DNA of 62,882 nucleotides, counting the filler, from Octopus bimaculoides (Eukaryota), in assembly GCF_001194135.2 (NCBI RefSeq). It is 6 parts of 6 records of this genome, joined end to end, with 100 filler letters (N's around TTAATTAATTAA, not from the genome) between each part and the next. Parts side by side here need not be neighbours in the genome. Positions count along the whole stretch, not along the records: positions 38,183 to 60,665 come from NC_068984.1; positions 60,766 to 62,882 come from NW_026336988.1; 4 more parts are not named here. The stretch is one strand, 5' to 3'. A model generated the notes under the pieces. The model had not been told where the DNA came from. It made no database searches and was given only the letters and a program-made list of their open reading frames with translations. The translations under genes were made by a program, and so were the position numbers. Shown here one piece after another: positions 50,451 through 62,882 of the stretch; the stretch's first letter is position 1, and each line of letters starts with the position of its first letter.

Positions 50451-51779
50451 ATTACAGCTCTATCAAGCTATATATGGTAACTAAAGAAGACACATACTAA
50501 TTTTAAAATTTCATGAACTATCTTAGTCTTCAACAACGAATAAATTCATAAAAGAAAAATATATTGACACTTAACGAGAAGTTATTTCAAATGTTAACTA
50601 AAACAGAAAAAGAGTTTTAAACAGAAAAAGAAAACAATTAAATGCGGCCATGAGATCGAGCTTATATCTATAAAAATAAGATCAATTGATCAGAGAAGCC
50701 AATTAACTGACAACGCAGATGAAGGCAACAGGAAGATCACGAGAAGGGTTTTTAGTTGCCTTCAATATTTTGGCTTAAAAAGCTGTCATCATGAGAAAAT
50801 GGAATTTTCGTTCTTATATGCTTAGATATGTGGGCATATGGTGACAGGATTGTGAGACTAGCAAAATGGTAGAGTAACATTAACCAGTTAATTATGTCTG
50901 TGTACGCGGTTGTTTATGTATGTATTTATGTAAGTACGTACATAGACACCCCTAAATATATGATTCTTGAACATTACAAAAAAAAAATAGTTAAAAATAA
51001 CTCGAATCATATAATATAAAAATATCTTCAAAGAAAAGGGGGGGGGCAGCCACATAAGGTTGATTAGGGCACACCCATGAAAGAGTGATAGCCTTTAAAC
51101 ATACAACTAAATATTTTCTCTCTGTAAATCCGTCTACAAACGAATCTTACAGAGAAAATTCACTATTTTTGCCCTTCATAAACGAGTCAGTGAAGTAATT
51201 GCTATATGGTCGCTCTAATTTCACATACAAAATCACGAAATAGTCACGGCTGGAAAGCCTTTGCTCATAGATCTGTTGGATCAGAGCTGGGATGGAGTTA
51301 AACAACAGAACAACGTTTTGCAAAACTTGCTCTATTTACTTGTGATGATGGACGAAGTGCTTTTAATAGTAATAAGAAAAGGAAATATTAGCTAAAGGGA
51401 GTGAAAAGGGGAAGTTTTCAGAGATTGAAAGCAAGGATACAAAGGGAAAAGCTTACGCGCAAAGTTTTTTTCGAAGTACTGAGGGGTACTGATTCCTACA
51501 CACACGCACTGTTAGTGGTGGTGGTGGTGGTGGGAGGCAGGTGGAATTTTTACGGAAAGAACACTTTTTGACTATTTGTTCTGTTTTGCTCGATCACTAT
51601 TAACCTCAACAACAACAGCAATAACATCATCGGCATTAACAACAACAGCAGCAACACAAGTAGAGCGACCTCGACATGTAAAATATAAGTTCAGTGGAGA
51701 TTCTTAGGAAGATGAAGTAATGAACAAGAAACGTTAACAACCTGTAGGTTTACTAAGGTCACCTCCATTGTCACTGGAG

Positions 51780-52170
51780 GGAACCTCTGCTTTGTCGGGC
51801 AAACTGCTAGAAATAATAGCTCAAATCTCCATTAAACCACAAACGATCAAGGAAGGATACATTGGCTAGGTATAGTCCAAGATGCACTCTGCCTGAAAAA
51901 CTGAAGGGATGGCAACTGCTGGAATGCCTTCCATAGACATTCCAGCCGTTTCCAGCTAGATGAGTACTGACACGGGACTAAGCAATATCACCATTTCCAC
52001 AACTATCTCTTTGTTGTTGCTCGATCTGCTTGAAATAATAGTCAAGTCTTGCTCAAATCACACCCTATTGTCTTAAGCAACATTGGATGATATAATCACA
52101 AACAATAATCCCACTAGAAGGACAAAATAGACATAAATGGAATACCTTTATTCAAGGGGCTAAGCAATAC
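51780..52170 (+). mobile_element. Fragments of a SINE 3' family (ctgctagaaatagcagccaaatctc...gcctttgatcataggtc)
   Basis: Related pieces recur near 43480, 44720-44890, 45640, 45790, 51240, 54310 and 55510. Confidence 0.6.
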
Positions 52171-52239
52171 CTGCATTACCATTTTCACCACTGTCGCCAC
52201 AAACAATGACACCACTACAATAAAGAAAAACAATAATTT

Positions 52240-53390
52240 CTAAAATTGGCACAAGGCCAGGAATTTTGAGTGTATCAGTGGTGGTGGTTATCGAGTAGAT
52301 CAACCCCTGCACTTGACTGTTCTTTATTTTATTGACTCCTAAAAGATGAAAGAAAAGGGGACCTCAGCGGAATCTGAATTCAGAACGTAAAAAGCCCAAT
52401 TAATTACCGCAAGGAATGTTCTTCAATGCTTTAACCATTCTACGAAACCAACGCTTTCCCCACAAAAGACAATAAAATCATCATCACCAACAAAGCAACT
52501 ACTACTGTCACTTAGACCTCTACTCCTACTATCACCACCAAAACTACAACCACTACCTCTACTACCAATTGTAACAACAACAACAACAATAATAAATCAA
52601 GCATTTTTAATCTTTCAACAATAGGTTAAAATAACATCAACACCACCAACAACAACACAAACAGCAACAAAAATAATGATAATTACTAACTTTGGCCCAA
52701 GAGCAGTAATTTGAGGGGAGAATGCTATTATTCGTACTTGGTCCTTCACTGGTTCTTTGTTTTATCGATTTCGGAAGAATGAACGGCTAAGTTTGGCCTT
52801 GGCGGGATTTAAATTTGGAATGTAATGAGCCGGTAAAGTACCGCAAGGTATATCTTCCGATTCTGTCAGTTGACTGCCCTGATAGGAAGAACAATAATAA
52901 CAACAACAATGAGATATAAAATGTGGCCGGCGGTGTAAGAACTACAACAGCAACAACACATACAGCAGCCGCAGCTGCAGCAGCAGCCGCAGCTGCAGCA
53001 GCAGCAGCAGAAGGAGAAGAAGAAGGAGAAGAGGAAGAATAAGAATAAAAAGAGGCAAAATATCTCAACTTTTAGTCGAACAATAACAAAGAAGAAGAGG
53101 AGGAAAAGGAGGAGGAATGCACATCAAGCAAAGTAAAACAATATCTCTACGGCAATTAATAATCTTTTCTTCTACTGGCGCAAGGCACAAAGCCTGAAAT
53201 GTTGGGGAGGGGGTGGGGAGGGCGTAGCTCGATTACATCGACCCCCGTTCCCAGCTGGTACTTATTTATTTTACCGACCCCCGGAAAGATGAAAGGTAAA
53301 GTCGGCGGCAACAGAATTTGAACTCAGTACATAAAGACGGACGAAATGTCACTATGCATTTTTTGTTCGGCGTTGCTAACGATTCTGCCA
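52240..53390 (-). mobile_element. Cluster of three Meta-like SINEs separated by (AAC)/(GCA)/(GAA) tracts
   Basis: Cores near 52340-52450, 52770-52870 and 53260-53390; the last is best preserved (gatgaaaggtaaagtcggcggc...gttcggcgttgctaacgattctgcca). Confidence 0.75.
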
Positions 53391-53618
53391 ACAATCAATG
53401 ACAACATCGGCGGCGGCGGCGGCAACGATGAAACTACATTAGCAACAAGTACGACAAGGAGAACAATAATAATCTCGTCAATAACCAACAGAAGCAACAA
53501 CCGACAACAACAGAGTTCGGTGTGCAAAGGTGGGTGGGGTGCTACGAACCTGAAGAATGTCATAGAATGGTGAGATTTTGTGAATGACAACTGCCATATA
53601 TAGCATTGGACATATGGA

Positions 53619-53630
53619 AGTAGTAGTAGC

Positions 53631-53680
<50 letters not shown>
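53619..53680. repeat. (GTA)n microsatellite
   Basis: Seen directly. Confidence 0.97.
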
Positions 53681-53733
53681 AGCTGTGATATACAGCTCTG
53701 CGCACCTGCACACACTTGTGGATTTTTTTTATT

Positions 53734-53777
<44 letters not shown>

Positions 53778-54399
53778 CCTCCCTCTGAAAGAAATGGGCT
53801 GTGGTCAGAACTGGAGAACTGTCGAGATGGTCTCCAGCAGGTTTAACATAACCCAAAACACAGCCATATGTGACGGAGGCAACCCTGAGACTCAATTAGA
53901 AATTGAGCGATCAAAGACAAGGACATGTATGTATGTATGTATTATATACATACACACACATATACAAATATGCATATATGTGTGTGTGTGTGTGTTTAGA
54001 AAGATAGATACATACATGTAAACACACACACACACGCAGACATACATGCATACATGCATACATAGATCAGTTCGTGATGTTACAACACCATCTCAGCTGA
54101 GGAAGATATGCTGATAATCTCCTTTGCCTATCTGACCAATCACAGCTCACAATCTGCTACAGCTGCTGTTGTTGCTGCTGCAGCTGTTGTAGCAACAACA
54201 AATGCTTCAGTGACAGCAGCAACGGGCAAATGCAGCAGCAACGCACTTGCAATTTTCCTTCTTTCACCCTCACAGCGTGCGAAAGAAGTGTATCTATGTA
54301 GTCGTTCGGCCCGCTAGAAATAGCAACTAAATCTTCCTCACATTATACCCTGTTATTCCTCGTTTGTTATCTTGACTTTATACCATAAAAGTTAGTGAT

Positions 54400-54700
54400 T
54401 TTCTTTTTACTCCCACAAACCATCTGTCGCTCTTGATTTTTCGGGTTGTCCGGGGATGACTACTTTATCAAATTCCTTTAACTTTACTTCTAGGGTTCAT
54501 CTAGAGTCACCTTTATATTCGCTGTCACAATTATCTACACCGGATGGAATACATACAATTCTTGGTCGTGTTCCCTTCTGATTAAACCCAGAAGGCTAAA
54601 CCTATTTTTGAATATACTCCCCTGAAGTATGAACCCCAGATCTGAAATCGCTTCCCAGCATGCCTCTAATGTAAGACAAAATATGTTTTTTTACTAACTC
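54400..54700 (-). mobile_element. Possible CR1/L2 RT C-terminal relic
   Basis: Minus frame ISDLGFIL...SLLGLIRRE resembles KDLGVII...LGLIRR. Confidence 0.3.
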
Positions 54701-56699
54701 TTTCGACCCTTTTATCTCTACCTTTTGAAACTGATCCTATGCTTGCAAGGTAGTTATTACTCTGAAGGGTCTTTCTAATCCTGATCACCTTTTGTTGGTT
54801 TGGGTCCAAGTCATCACGATTTTACTTGATGCTATTGACAGCAAACAATCCTTTGCTTGCCGCACTATGAAATATAGGAATCAAAGTTTGAGTATTATCC
54901 GTTAATGTGGGCTTGCGGAAGAAAATCCTTATGGAACAAAGTCAAGATAATAAATAGAGAACAACCTTTGAATATAATCCGACTGAAAGAACACAATATA
55001 TACTAACTTCAATAAGATTTTCATTAGGCCTTGCTTAGGGAAGAACTGGTGTTTGTCTCTATGCGGGGGGGCCCCTTTAGTTAAGAAAAAAGATAGGGGC
55101 ATTAAGCTTCTAATTTACACTACCTTATTTTCATGCTGATTAATAGGCTAATTAATACAAGCTTTAATTACGCGTTAAGTACTGTAGTTTAACTGGTTAA
55201 TGTGAATTTAATACTTGGGTCAAAAACTCTTTTTTTAGTTGAACGAACTTACAGTATCACAAGTAGAGTTACTAATCAGTTATGGGCAGCGGAATAAGAA
55301 TAATCTGTTCTGTGAATTTAATTCGGGGTTCAATTTGAAATTCTGAGAATGTAAACTGGTATGATAGTTATCTGAAGGGCTGGGTCCAACTGCTGGCACG
55401 TTGTGAACCTAAAGACCAAAATACACCAACATGAATATATCAGTATAATTCCTCATCTCAAAAATCCAAAGATAATATGGAACAACTAGAGAGTCTTTAT
55501 ACAAACGCTCTACTTGCTAGAAATAGCAGCCAAATATATCTCGCATTATATACCACCGTTCAAAGAAGATAAAAAATAATAATGAAATACAGAAAAAAAA
55601 AATGAAAAAATGAAAAGAGACACGGTTCTGCACACACCGTCTGAAACACTAAAAAGACTGGATGGTCACAATTGAGATAACTTTTGATCATAATTTTGCT
55701 ACATCAAAGTTGAAATGGACCTAAACAACAACAGCATTAATCTCTGAAATAAATGTAAACTACCATTCAGTAGGTATGCCTCCTGATCTTGAAATCTGGT
55801 CGATGTCATTTCAAAAGACGCAAGAAGTACTTTGAGGACGGTTTGGCTAGTTTTTCTCTCCAGTGGGTGACTCAATAGAGCCATCATCGTGTACTATTTT
55901 AGAATGCTAGAATCCTTAAGTTCATATTCATTCTGCTCCTTTGCTGCTATTTACCTTATTTATGTCCCCAAAGACTGGTTTATGATTTCATATAACCAAG
56001 AAACGTTTATATTTGCTCTAGAATTTAATCTAACGAAAACTTATTGTTTGATGATATGTTGACTGAAACACTTGGATCTCTTTGTTATACAATATTGTTT
56101 AATAAGCCAACATTTTATTAGTTATGTATGTATGTATGTTTGAAGTGTAATTTTCGTCATTTAAACTCCCGAGTCTACTTTGTAAATATATTGATGATAT
56201 AACTCTTGATATTTTCCTTTACACACGAATCCTTATTCATTTCCCTCTCTCAGCCCCCATATCCTATTCCTAAGGTTCTCAACATTATGGTCTTTGACAC
56301 ACAGTGACCATACTACTTACACTCATATCAAATGTGGCTAAAAATTCTCTATAGGGCTACGTGGTTTCGGTTCTATCCCACTAAACGTCACTTATCTGTA
56401 TCTTTGAATTGTAGCTGCAGGTCTTTCAAAGCTTTCTTAGAAGAAATTAGTAGACAGAAACTGTGCGGAAGGCTGATGGGAGGAACATACCTGTTTCTGA
56501 ATGGTAGATTTGATTCGTTACTCGGTTACTCATGACACCTGGCACGTGGAAGTTCTTAGTGGAGTCCATCTTATTGCTAGAATTTAGGTGAAATAAATGA
56601 TCTGAGGACAACTTTCACCCTTCTAAACTTTCACGAGGAAGCTGAAAAGATCACAGTCCCTGCCGTGTCCTCGCCCAGTGACAGGAAAGCAGGAAAGGG

Positions 56700-57030
56700 A
56701 GATGGATGCTGTCCTTTCTCCTGACAGTTGCGAAGCTACAAACAGTTGGTCAGCATTGCTTTTCCTGTCGCCAATCTTGAAGGATCTGTAAGATAGTGAT
56801 GGACACTGATCTTACACTCGCCTTTTTAGAGAACCTCTAAAAGTTGTTCCATCACATCTGGTATCACATCTGGTATGTTGAAAGTGTTTCCATCACATCT
56901 GGTATGTTGAAAGTGATTGCAATAGGAAACTAGTTGGTAGGATCAGAAAAGGTTGCCCTCTTGACCCTGCCAGTTATTGTCCTATCGCAATATCATTCTA
57001 TAATGTGTTCAAATCCCTATATTGCGATTG
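56700..57030 (+). mobile_element. CR1/L2-like RT N-terminal relic with internal ~29-bp tandem duplication
   Basis: KGCPLDPASYCPIAI matches KGxxxDPxNYRPISL; ttccatcacatctggtatgttgaaagtg is repeated at about 56847-56915. Confidence 0.45.
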
Positions 57031-57149
57031 GAAGACTGTGTGATCTAGAACATCAGCAAATGGCTTTGTAGATAGATCGTTCGATAAATAGATGGATGGA
57101 TGGGTGGAGAGATGGACGGACGAACGGACAGACAGAGAGACAAATAGAC

Positions 57150-57175
57150 ATACAGACAGACTGACAGATAGATAA

Positions 57176-57222
<47 letters not shown>
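57150..57222. repeat. (GATA)n microsatellite
   Basis: Seen directly. Confidence 0.95.
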
Positions 57223-57223
<1 letters not shown>

Positions 57224-57249
57224 GTGAACAGAAATAAGAGAGAGATTTA

Positions 57250-58560
57250 AGAGTTTGAAAGTTAATGGAAGAGGTGCTGTCAAGACCACTGCTTTTTTTT
57301 TTTGAAGCGGCCAATAGCGCTTTCGTCCTTGGCCTGTATGTGTACATGGTGGTGGTCACCTGATGGAGTAGAAATGAATAGTTTTTGAGTAGATTTACAT
57401 AGTGTATTTAGTGTGGAGTTGGATGCAGCAACTGAACAAGTTTGAGTAACGGAAGGGCTTGCGAGTTACGCAATGAAGAGAAGCACCCTTCGCGATTCAT
57501 ATGAAGATCTTTCAAGAAATATTGTCTGTTTTGTAGGGTTGAAGATTTTTCCGAACATTGTGGATAGTGTTTTTTATGTGAACGGCTGCAGTGCAATTAC
57601 GAGTGAAGTATTTGGGAGATTATATGATGTGAGTTTTGTTTGTGTGTTAGATGTGGATGGACATCCTAAGATGATTGTTTTAACCATTAACTCAGCTATT
57701 TCTAATAGGTCAGATGATGTGATGCTATGAATAGTTAGCATAAAAAGGCAGAATTTTAACCGGTTAGTAAACTTGAAATACCACATGGTCAGTAGCGTTG
57801 TGTGGCTTGTGGGTGTGTAGTGATTAGGCAGTGGTTGGGTGACCTGATAGGTGCAGAGACAGTTAAGGTCTGACAGAGGTTTGGTTTGGGTTAAGAAAAA
57901 GGTCAAATGTGTTTGTCAGAGATGTGTAGGGGATAAAAGGTGTTGATGTAAAAAAGCTGAGGATAATGAAAGATTTGGTTTCCTAACCGAGATGACTGTG
58001 AGAGTCAAGAAGTTTTATGAACATAGAAGTCACTGACCTTGAAGACGAGTGAAATGAGATAGATATATTCGGTGCAAGAAGGGATATTATCAAAGAGATC
58101 TTGGTGGCTGGAGAAGTCTGGAGAATGACAGAGGATGCAAATGAATTTGAAGGAGTTGGGGAAAGAAGACTTTGAGCCAGAGTTACTAGAAGTCTTTATT
58201 ACTTATATCTAAGTGAGAAAAAGGTTACTGATAGAGAAAATTGAATCTGTGTATGTTCAGACATCTTTGAGACCCAAATTTGAGTACTGAGTATAACCCG
58301 GGCAGCAAAGATGAATTATAGGTAAAGATTGAGAGATTTGTGTCTCGGGGAGGAATAGGATGTATGGCTAGCTGGTTGATTGTATTTCATTTTGTTTGGT
58401 GTTGCTAGTACATATGGAGGTGAGAGATCTGGTAGATGTTACTTTAGTCTATTATTTTAGAGTCAAGGTTCTAGGTGCTTGATATAAGAGTGAAATAGCT
58501 TTGAAGAGCTATGTCTGTAGAATGGGGAAATGTTGCGAATGTGATGTTACTTGTATATGG
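57250..58560 (-). mobile_element. Decayed CR1/L2-group LINE, endonuclease-linker region
   Basis: C/A-rich minus strand with several partial ORFs; [16 protein letters not shown] resembles the KAxLLAxxFxxNSxLD linker motif. Confidence 0.45.
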
Positions 58561-59356
58561 GACTGATTAATATCTGTATTCGTTACTAATGTTTAAACTT
58601 TGTTGCATTTATAGTATTTCTCTTTTGAATATTTTATCAACAATCTGTTTTTCCAATTTTAAGTAACAACTTGGATTGCTTGAATCGATCCAGAACAATT
58701 ACATCACACATATCTATAACAGTCTGTACATATTTTAACCTCATGTATATCGTCTACAGATATTCTCAACCATATTCAGTTCTATGATTCAGAAATTAAC
58801 AGACAAATATATATTTATGTTATTTTAAAGGGAAATACTCTATGGTTGAATGTAAAACACGTTTATATATTAATACTAGCTAGAGATTATAGGCAGAAAG
58901 AATATATTAGGTGAGATTGTAAATAAAAACGATATATTGTATGGGGCTGTAGAGATAAAGAAATGGAGATGTAATGAGGTTGTAGACAGAAAGGACATTT
59001 TAAATGAGATTACTCACAGAAAAGAACATTGTTGAGATTGGAGCCTCTCTGTCATATTGCATATGGCACGTGAAAGAGAGTCAAACAGGAAAAATTGCCT
59101 CTTTAGTGCATTTAGTAAATAACTAGAAAACACGTGTTCGATTACCTCTGGTAGATACCTTTCCACTTGTCCTTTGTATCTACATTCACACTTGAATATT
59201 AAAAAGTGTTACAATTTTGCAGTTTATAAGCATTTTCTGGAGAGGTTTTGTCATATCAGTTATACAGCGTAAATCATTTTTAACGGTTGATTAAGCTATA
59301 ACTAATTGTATGTAGAATATTGGATTGAAAAACCCTGGAGTAGAAAAGAGTTCGAA

Positions 59357-59428
59357 GGCTGTCCGTGGGACTCGAAGCCACATCTTCAGTTAACATGACA
59401 AACAGTCTAAAGTTATACGAAAGTAGCC
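59357..59428 (-). pseudogene. tRNA-Asn(GTT)-like pseudogene or SINE head
   Basis: 72 nt; anticodon arm tca-TGTTAAC-tga, T arm gtggc-TTCGAGT-cccac, partial acceptor stem GGCT/AGCC, downstream TTTT; D arm degenerate. Confidence 0.45.
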
Positions 59429-59842
59429 CTCCGAATTCTCTCTGTCCATTCTTAAAACTCAGTTAGTACCAACGAGAATTGTATGTTGTCTACATTACAA
59501 GAATCTAGAAACTTTGAGAGGTATGAAATGAACCTAACAGTGGATCTCGAAGTAAATAAAGCTATAGATAATAACATTTAGAATACTGGATTTTAGAACT
59601 CCTTGGATACAAAAGGTCGAAGGCTTCCCGGGAAAAAAATCGAAGAGTTGCTTTGGTATAATGGTTAGGACATCATGTTTACAGAAAATATGCGTTCGTT
59701 TCAGGAGCAGCCTTGTTTTTATTTTTTTTCATCCAAGGGTTATAGTTTTCTTTAGCCCAATTTTCTACGCGCTGTTATTCGTAGCTTTATCTACATCAGG
59801 CTCCACCGTTAAACATGTTTTATATCTCATGATGCAAACAAG

Positions 59843-60230
59843 GAAAGAATTGGCAGCTCGACGCACAAATATTTTGTGATACTATTGTTCTTTTACATTC
59901 TGAGTTCAAATTCTGCGGAGATAAATTTTGAATTTCACCATCTCTCTCAGGCAAGTTCTAGGCTCGATTAAAATCAACTTTACTATGCTCCCTTATTTAC
60001 GACATTGAGGTTATACAAAAGAACCATTCGATATGCGGTAGTGGTAAGAGTGATTGTGGAAGTAGTCCCTTTAGGTTCTGTGTTTTAATCCTGCTACGAT
60101 CAATTTTCGCTTTTCATCTTTGTGAGATTGATATAGTAAACACTAGTCAAATACTAGGACCATATGTAACCCAGCCCCCTCCAGGAAAAAAAAATATCAA
60201 CATTGTATGGCCTTCTGAATATGTTAGAAG
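59843..60230 (+). mobile_element. Two adjacent degraded SINE heads/bodies (Meta-like)
   Basis: ttttacattctgagttcaaattctgcggag at about 59890; gcggtagtggtaagag...cgcttttcatctttgtgagattgat at about 60035-60130. Confidence 0.55.
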
Positions 60231-62099
60231 AAAGAAATCATGATATTTTCAACCATTAACTAAGATTTGCTGTAAATTTATAATCTGTGACAATTATTAT
60301 AAACTCTAGCTACGTTGTGCAACTTGGTTCACTTCTTGCGAGAGGTACTTACAGGTTCCTTGCATGATTCAAAAATATAGGACAAAAAATATATATATAT
60401 AGAAGACAAAATAATAATTAAAAAAGCTAAAACAAAAATCAACCAATAAATATACAAAAACACCTCCATTTTTCTGTACTACTTCCAACATCTGCTCTTA
60501 CACAGTCCATATAGATTGTGAAGCATTTTCACATAAAGAAAAGCTCTCCTTTGTATATTGCACATACTTCTTTAGTCGTTGTCATTTATATAGGAATATA
60601 GGAGGCATCAATGATGCTTGTACGTATTATATGAATGTATATATATATACATATACATATATATANNNNNNNNNNNNNNNNNNNNNNNNNNNNNNNNNNN
60701 NNNNNNNNNTTAATTAATTAANNNNNNNNNNNNNNNNNNNNNNNNNNNNNNNNNNNNNNNNNNNNGGAGTGAGGATGAGAAGCGGAAGAGAGAAGGAGGA
60801 GGGTAGAAATGAGAAGAGACATGGAAAGTGGAATAATGATGATGTGAAAACGCGTGTATAAGGTGGAAGATAAACTCTGTAGAATAAAAAAGAAGATGGA
60901 GTGGGCGTATTCTCTGGAGATGATGTGACAGTGGAGTGGAATTGAACAAACAAGCGGAAATGCACTCAACCTTACATAAGTATATGTATACAAATACAAA
61001 CTTACGCACACACACACACAGCATGCATATATATATATATATATATATATATACAAGAAATGAGGGCAGGGAATCGTCAATTAATAATAGAATTAACAAT
61101 TAACAATTTTGCCAAGTAGTTCAGTATGAAATAAACCTTTATCGGTAAGACCATTTATCATCATAAATATAAGGGATTAGCAATTGAGTTGCTTCTCCAA
61201 CATACTGAAAATTCAGAAACAGCAGTCAAAGAACTACTGATTCTAAACNNNNNNNNNNNNNNNNNNNNNNNNNNNNNNNNNNNNNNNNNNNNNNNNNNNN
61301 NNNNNNNNNNNNNNNNNNNNNNNNNNNNNNNNNNNNNNNNNNNNNNNNNNNNNNNNNNNNNNNNNNNNNNNNNNNNNNNNNNNNNNNNNNNNNNNNNNNN
61401 NNNNNNNNNNNNNNNNNNNNNNNNNNNNNNNNNNNNNNNNNNNNNNNNNNNNNNNNNNNNNNNNNNNNNNNNNNNNNNNNNNNNNNNNNNNNNNNNNNNN
61501 NNNNNNNNNNNNNNNNNNNNNNNNNNNNNNNNNNNNNNNNNNNNNNNNNNNNNNNNNNNNNNNNNNNNNNNNNNNNNNNNNNNNNNNNNNNNNNNNNNNN
61601 NNNNNNNNNNNNNNNNNNNNNNNNNNNNNNNNNNNNNNNNNNNNNNNNNNNNNNNNNNNNNNNNNNNNNNNNNNNNNNNNNNNNNNNNNNNNNNNNNNNN
61701 NNNNNNNNNNNNNNNNNNNNNNNNNNNNNNNNNNNNNNNNNNNNNNNNNNNNNNNNNNNNNNNNNNNNNNNNNNNNNNNNNNNNNNNNNNNNNNNNNNNN
61801 NNNNNNNNNNNNNNNNNNNNNNNNNNNNNNNNNNNNNNNNNNNNNNNNNNNNNNNNNNNNNNNNNNNNNNNNNNNNNNNNNNNNNNNNNNNNNNNNNNNN
61901 NNNNNNNNNNNNNNNNNNNNNNNNNNNNNNNNNNNNNNNNNNNNNNNNNNNNNNNNNNNNNNNNNNNNNNNNNNNNNNNNNNNNNNNNATATTTCTTTGC
62001 ACGCTTGCAAGCAAACCTCTGTGTGTGTGCGTGTGTGTGTGTGTGTGTGTGCGTGTGTGTATGTGCGTGTGTGTGTGTGTGTGCGTGTGTGTGCGTGTG

Positions 62100-62335
62100 T
62101 GGTGTTTGTGTCGATGTTTATATCCCTACCACCTCTTGACAACCGATGTTGGTGTGTTTGTTTCGCCGTGACTTAGCGGTTCGGCATAAGCTATCAATAG
62201 AATAAGTACCAGGCTTTAGAAAAAGGTACTAGGGTCGATTCATTCGACTTAAAATTCTTCAAGATGGTGTCCCAGCATGGCCACAGTCTAATGACTGAAA
62301 CAAGTAAAAGATAAAAAAAACAAAAGCTAAAAGAT
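62100..62335 (+). mobile_element. 3' half of the 18535-family SINE
   Basis: cttgacaaccgatgttggtgtgttt...ttagcggttcggca...cccagcatggccacagtctaatgactgaaacaagtaaaaga. Confidence 0.85.
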
Positions 62336-62351
62336 ATATACATAAATATAC

Positions 62352-62592
62352 ATCCAACTTTAGGGAATGGAGTCGGTAAAATCCAGGCTACATATGTTTC
62401 CTAACTAGCAGAACCTTGGAGGTAGTAATTTTCCAAACGTGAAGTATTCTGCTAGCTATTCTTAAGTTAGCTTTGGCCTGGACTATAGCTAACGGAATAG
62501 CCTTCGTTTGGATAATTACTACTTCCGATGTTCTGCTAGTTAGGAAACATATGTAGCCTGGATTTTATCTACTCCATTCACTAAAGTTGGAT
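62352..62592. mobile_element. Fold-back (palindromic) MITE-like element
   Basis: 88-bp arms at 62352-62439 and 62505-62592 are reverse complements at about 90% identity; additional inner pairing. Confidence 0.85.
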
Positions 62593-62882
62593 CTTTATTC
62601 GCATTCACAACAGCCCAAGTTACTAACTGTGAGCTATAAAATAACATTTTTCAGCTTATCGAACTTTGATAAGAGAAAAATGTACAACTTTCTACATCAA
62701 TAAACTACTATTGTTCTTGAAAGTTGTTTTTTCTACCTTCTACGGATTGCTCGAAGCTTACTAACTTCCTACACCTTGATCCTTGGATCTTACATTTACA
62801 TATTATGATATATATATATATTTAAACTCATAGCACAAAGGTCAAGAACGATTATCACAACACAATCTATGCGCCACTCGAA

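Noticed and set aside
6540-57050. Partial matches to conserved miRNA 5' ends (let-7 at about 6543, miR-190 at about 26002, miR-31 at about 40127, miR-7 at about 57030)
   Set aside because: Only 8-11 nt match, the rest of the mature sequence is absent, and no precursor hairpin is seen.
56700-58560. Single LINE with a twin-priming inversion
   Set aside because: The fragment order (plus RT start facing minus EN-linker, no 3' end) does not fit a 5' inversion; treated as two relics.
1-62882. Long ORFs rich in YI/CV/HT/MYV or X
   Set aside because: They are translations of (AT)n, (GT)n and (ATAC)n microsatellites or N gaps, not genes.

Overview
AT-rich animal genomic DNA with many N gaps and very dense (AT)n/(AC)n/(ATAC)n/(GATA)n microsatellites. 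The microsatellite profile and SINE families point to an octopus genome (inference). No protein-coding gene can be identified. Nearly all listed ORFs are microsatellite or N-gap artefacts, or pieces of decayed retro/DNA transposons. A few low-confidence minus-strand candidate exons exist, suggesting the window may be mostly intron or intergenic. Recognisable content: many tRNA-derived SINEs (including Meta-domain-like copies in head-to-tail arrays); decayed RTE-, CR1/L2-, Hero/R2- and possibly L1/Tx1-like LINEs; mariner/Tc1 relics; a Tigger-like and a hAT MITE; and a long fold-back element. The two most notable observations are (1) several type I hammerhead-ribozyme-like folds inside probable Penelope-like terminal repeats and (2) an apparently complete non-autonomous Helitron that carries a degenerate (TTAGGG)n telomeric array. 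Repeat boundaries are approximate unless termini are quoted.
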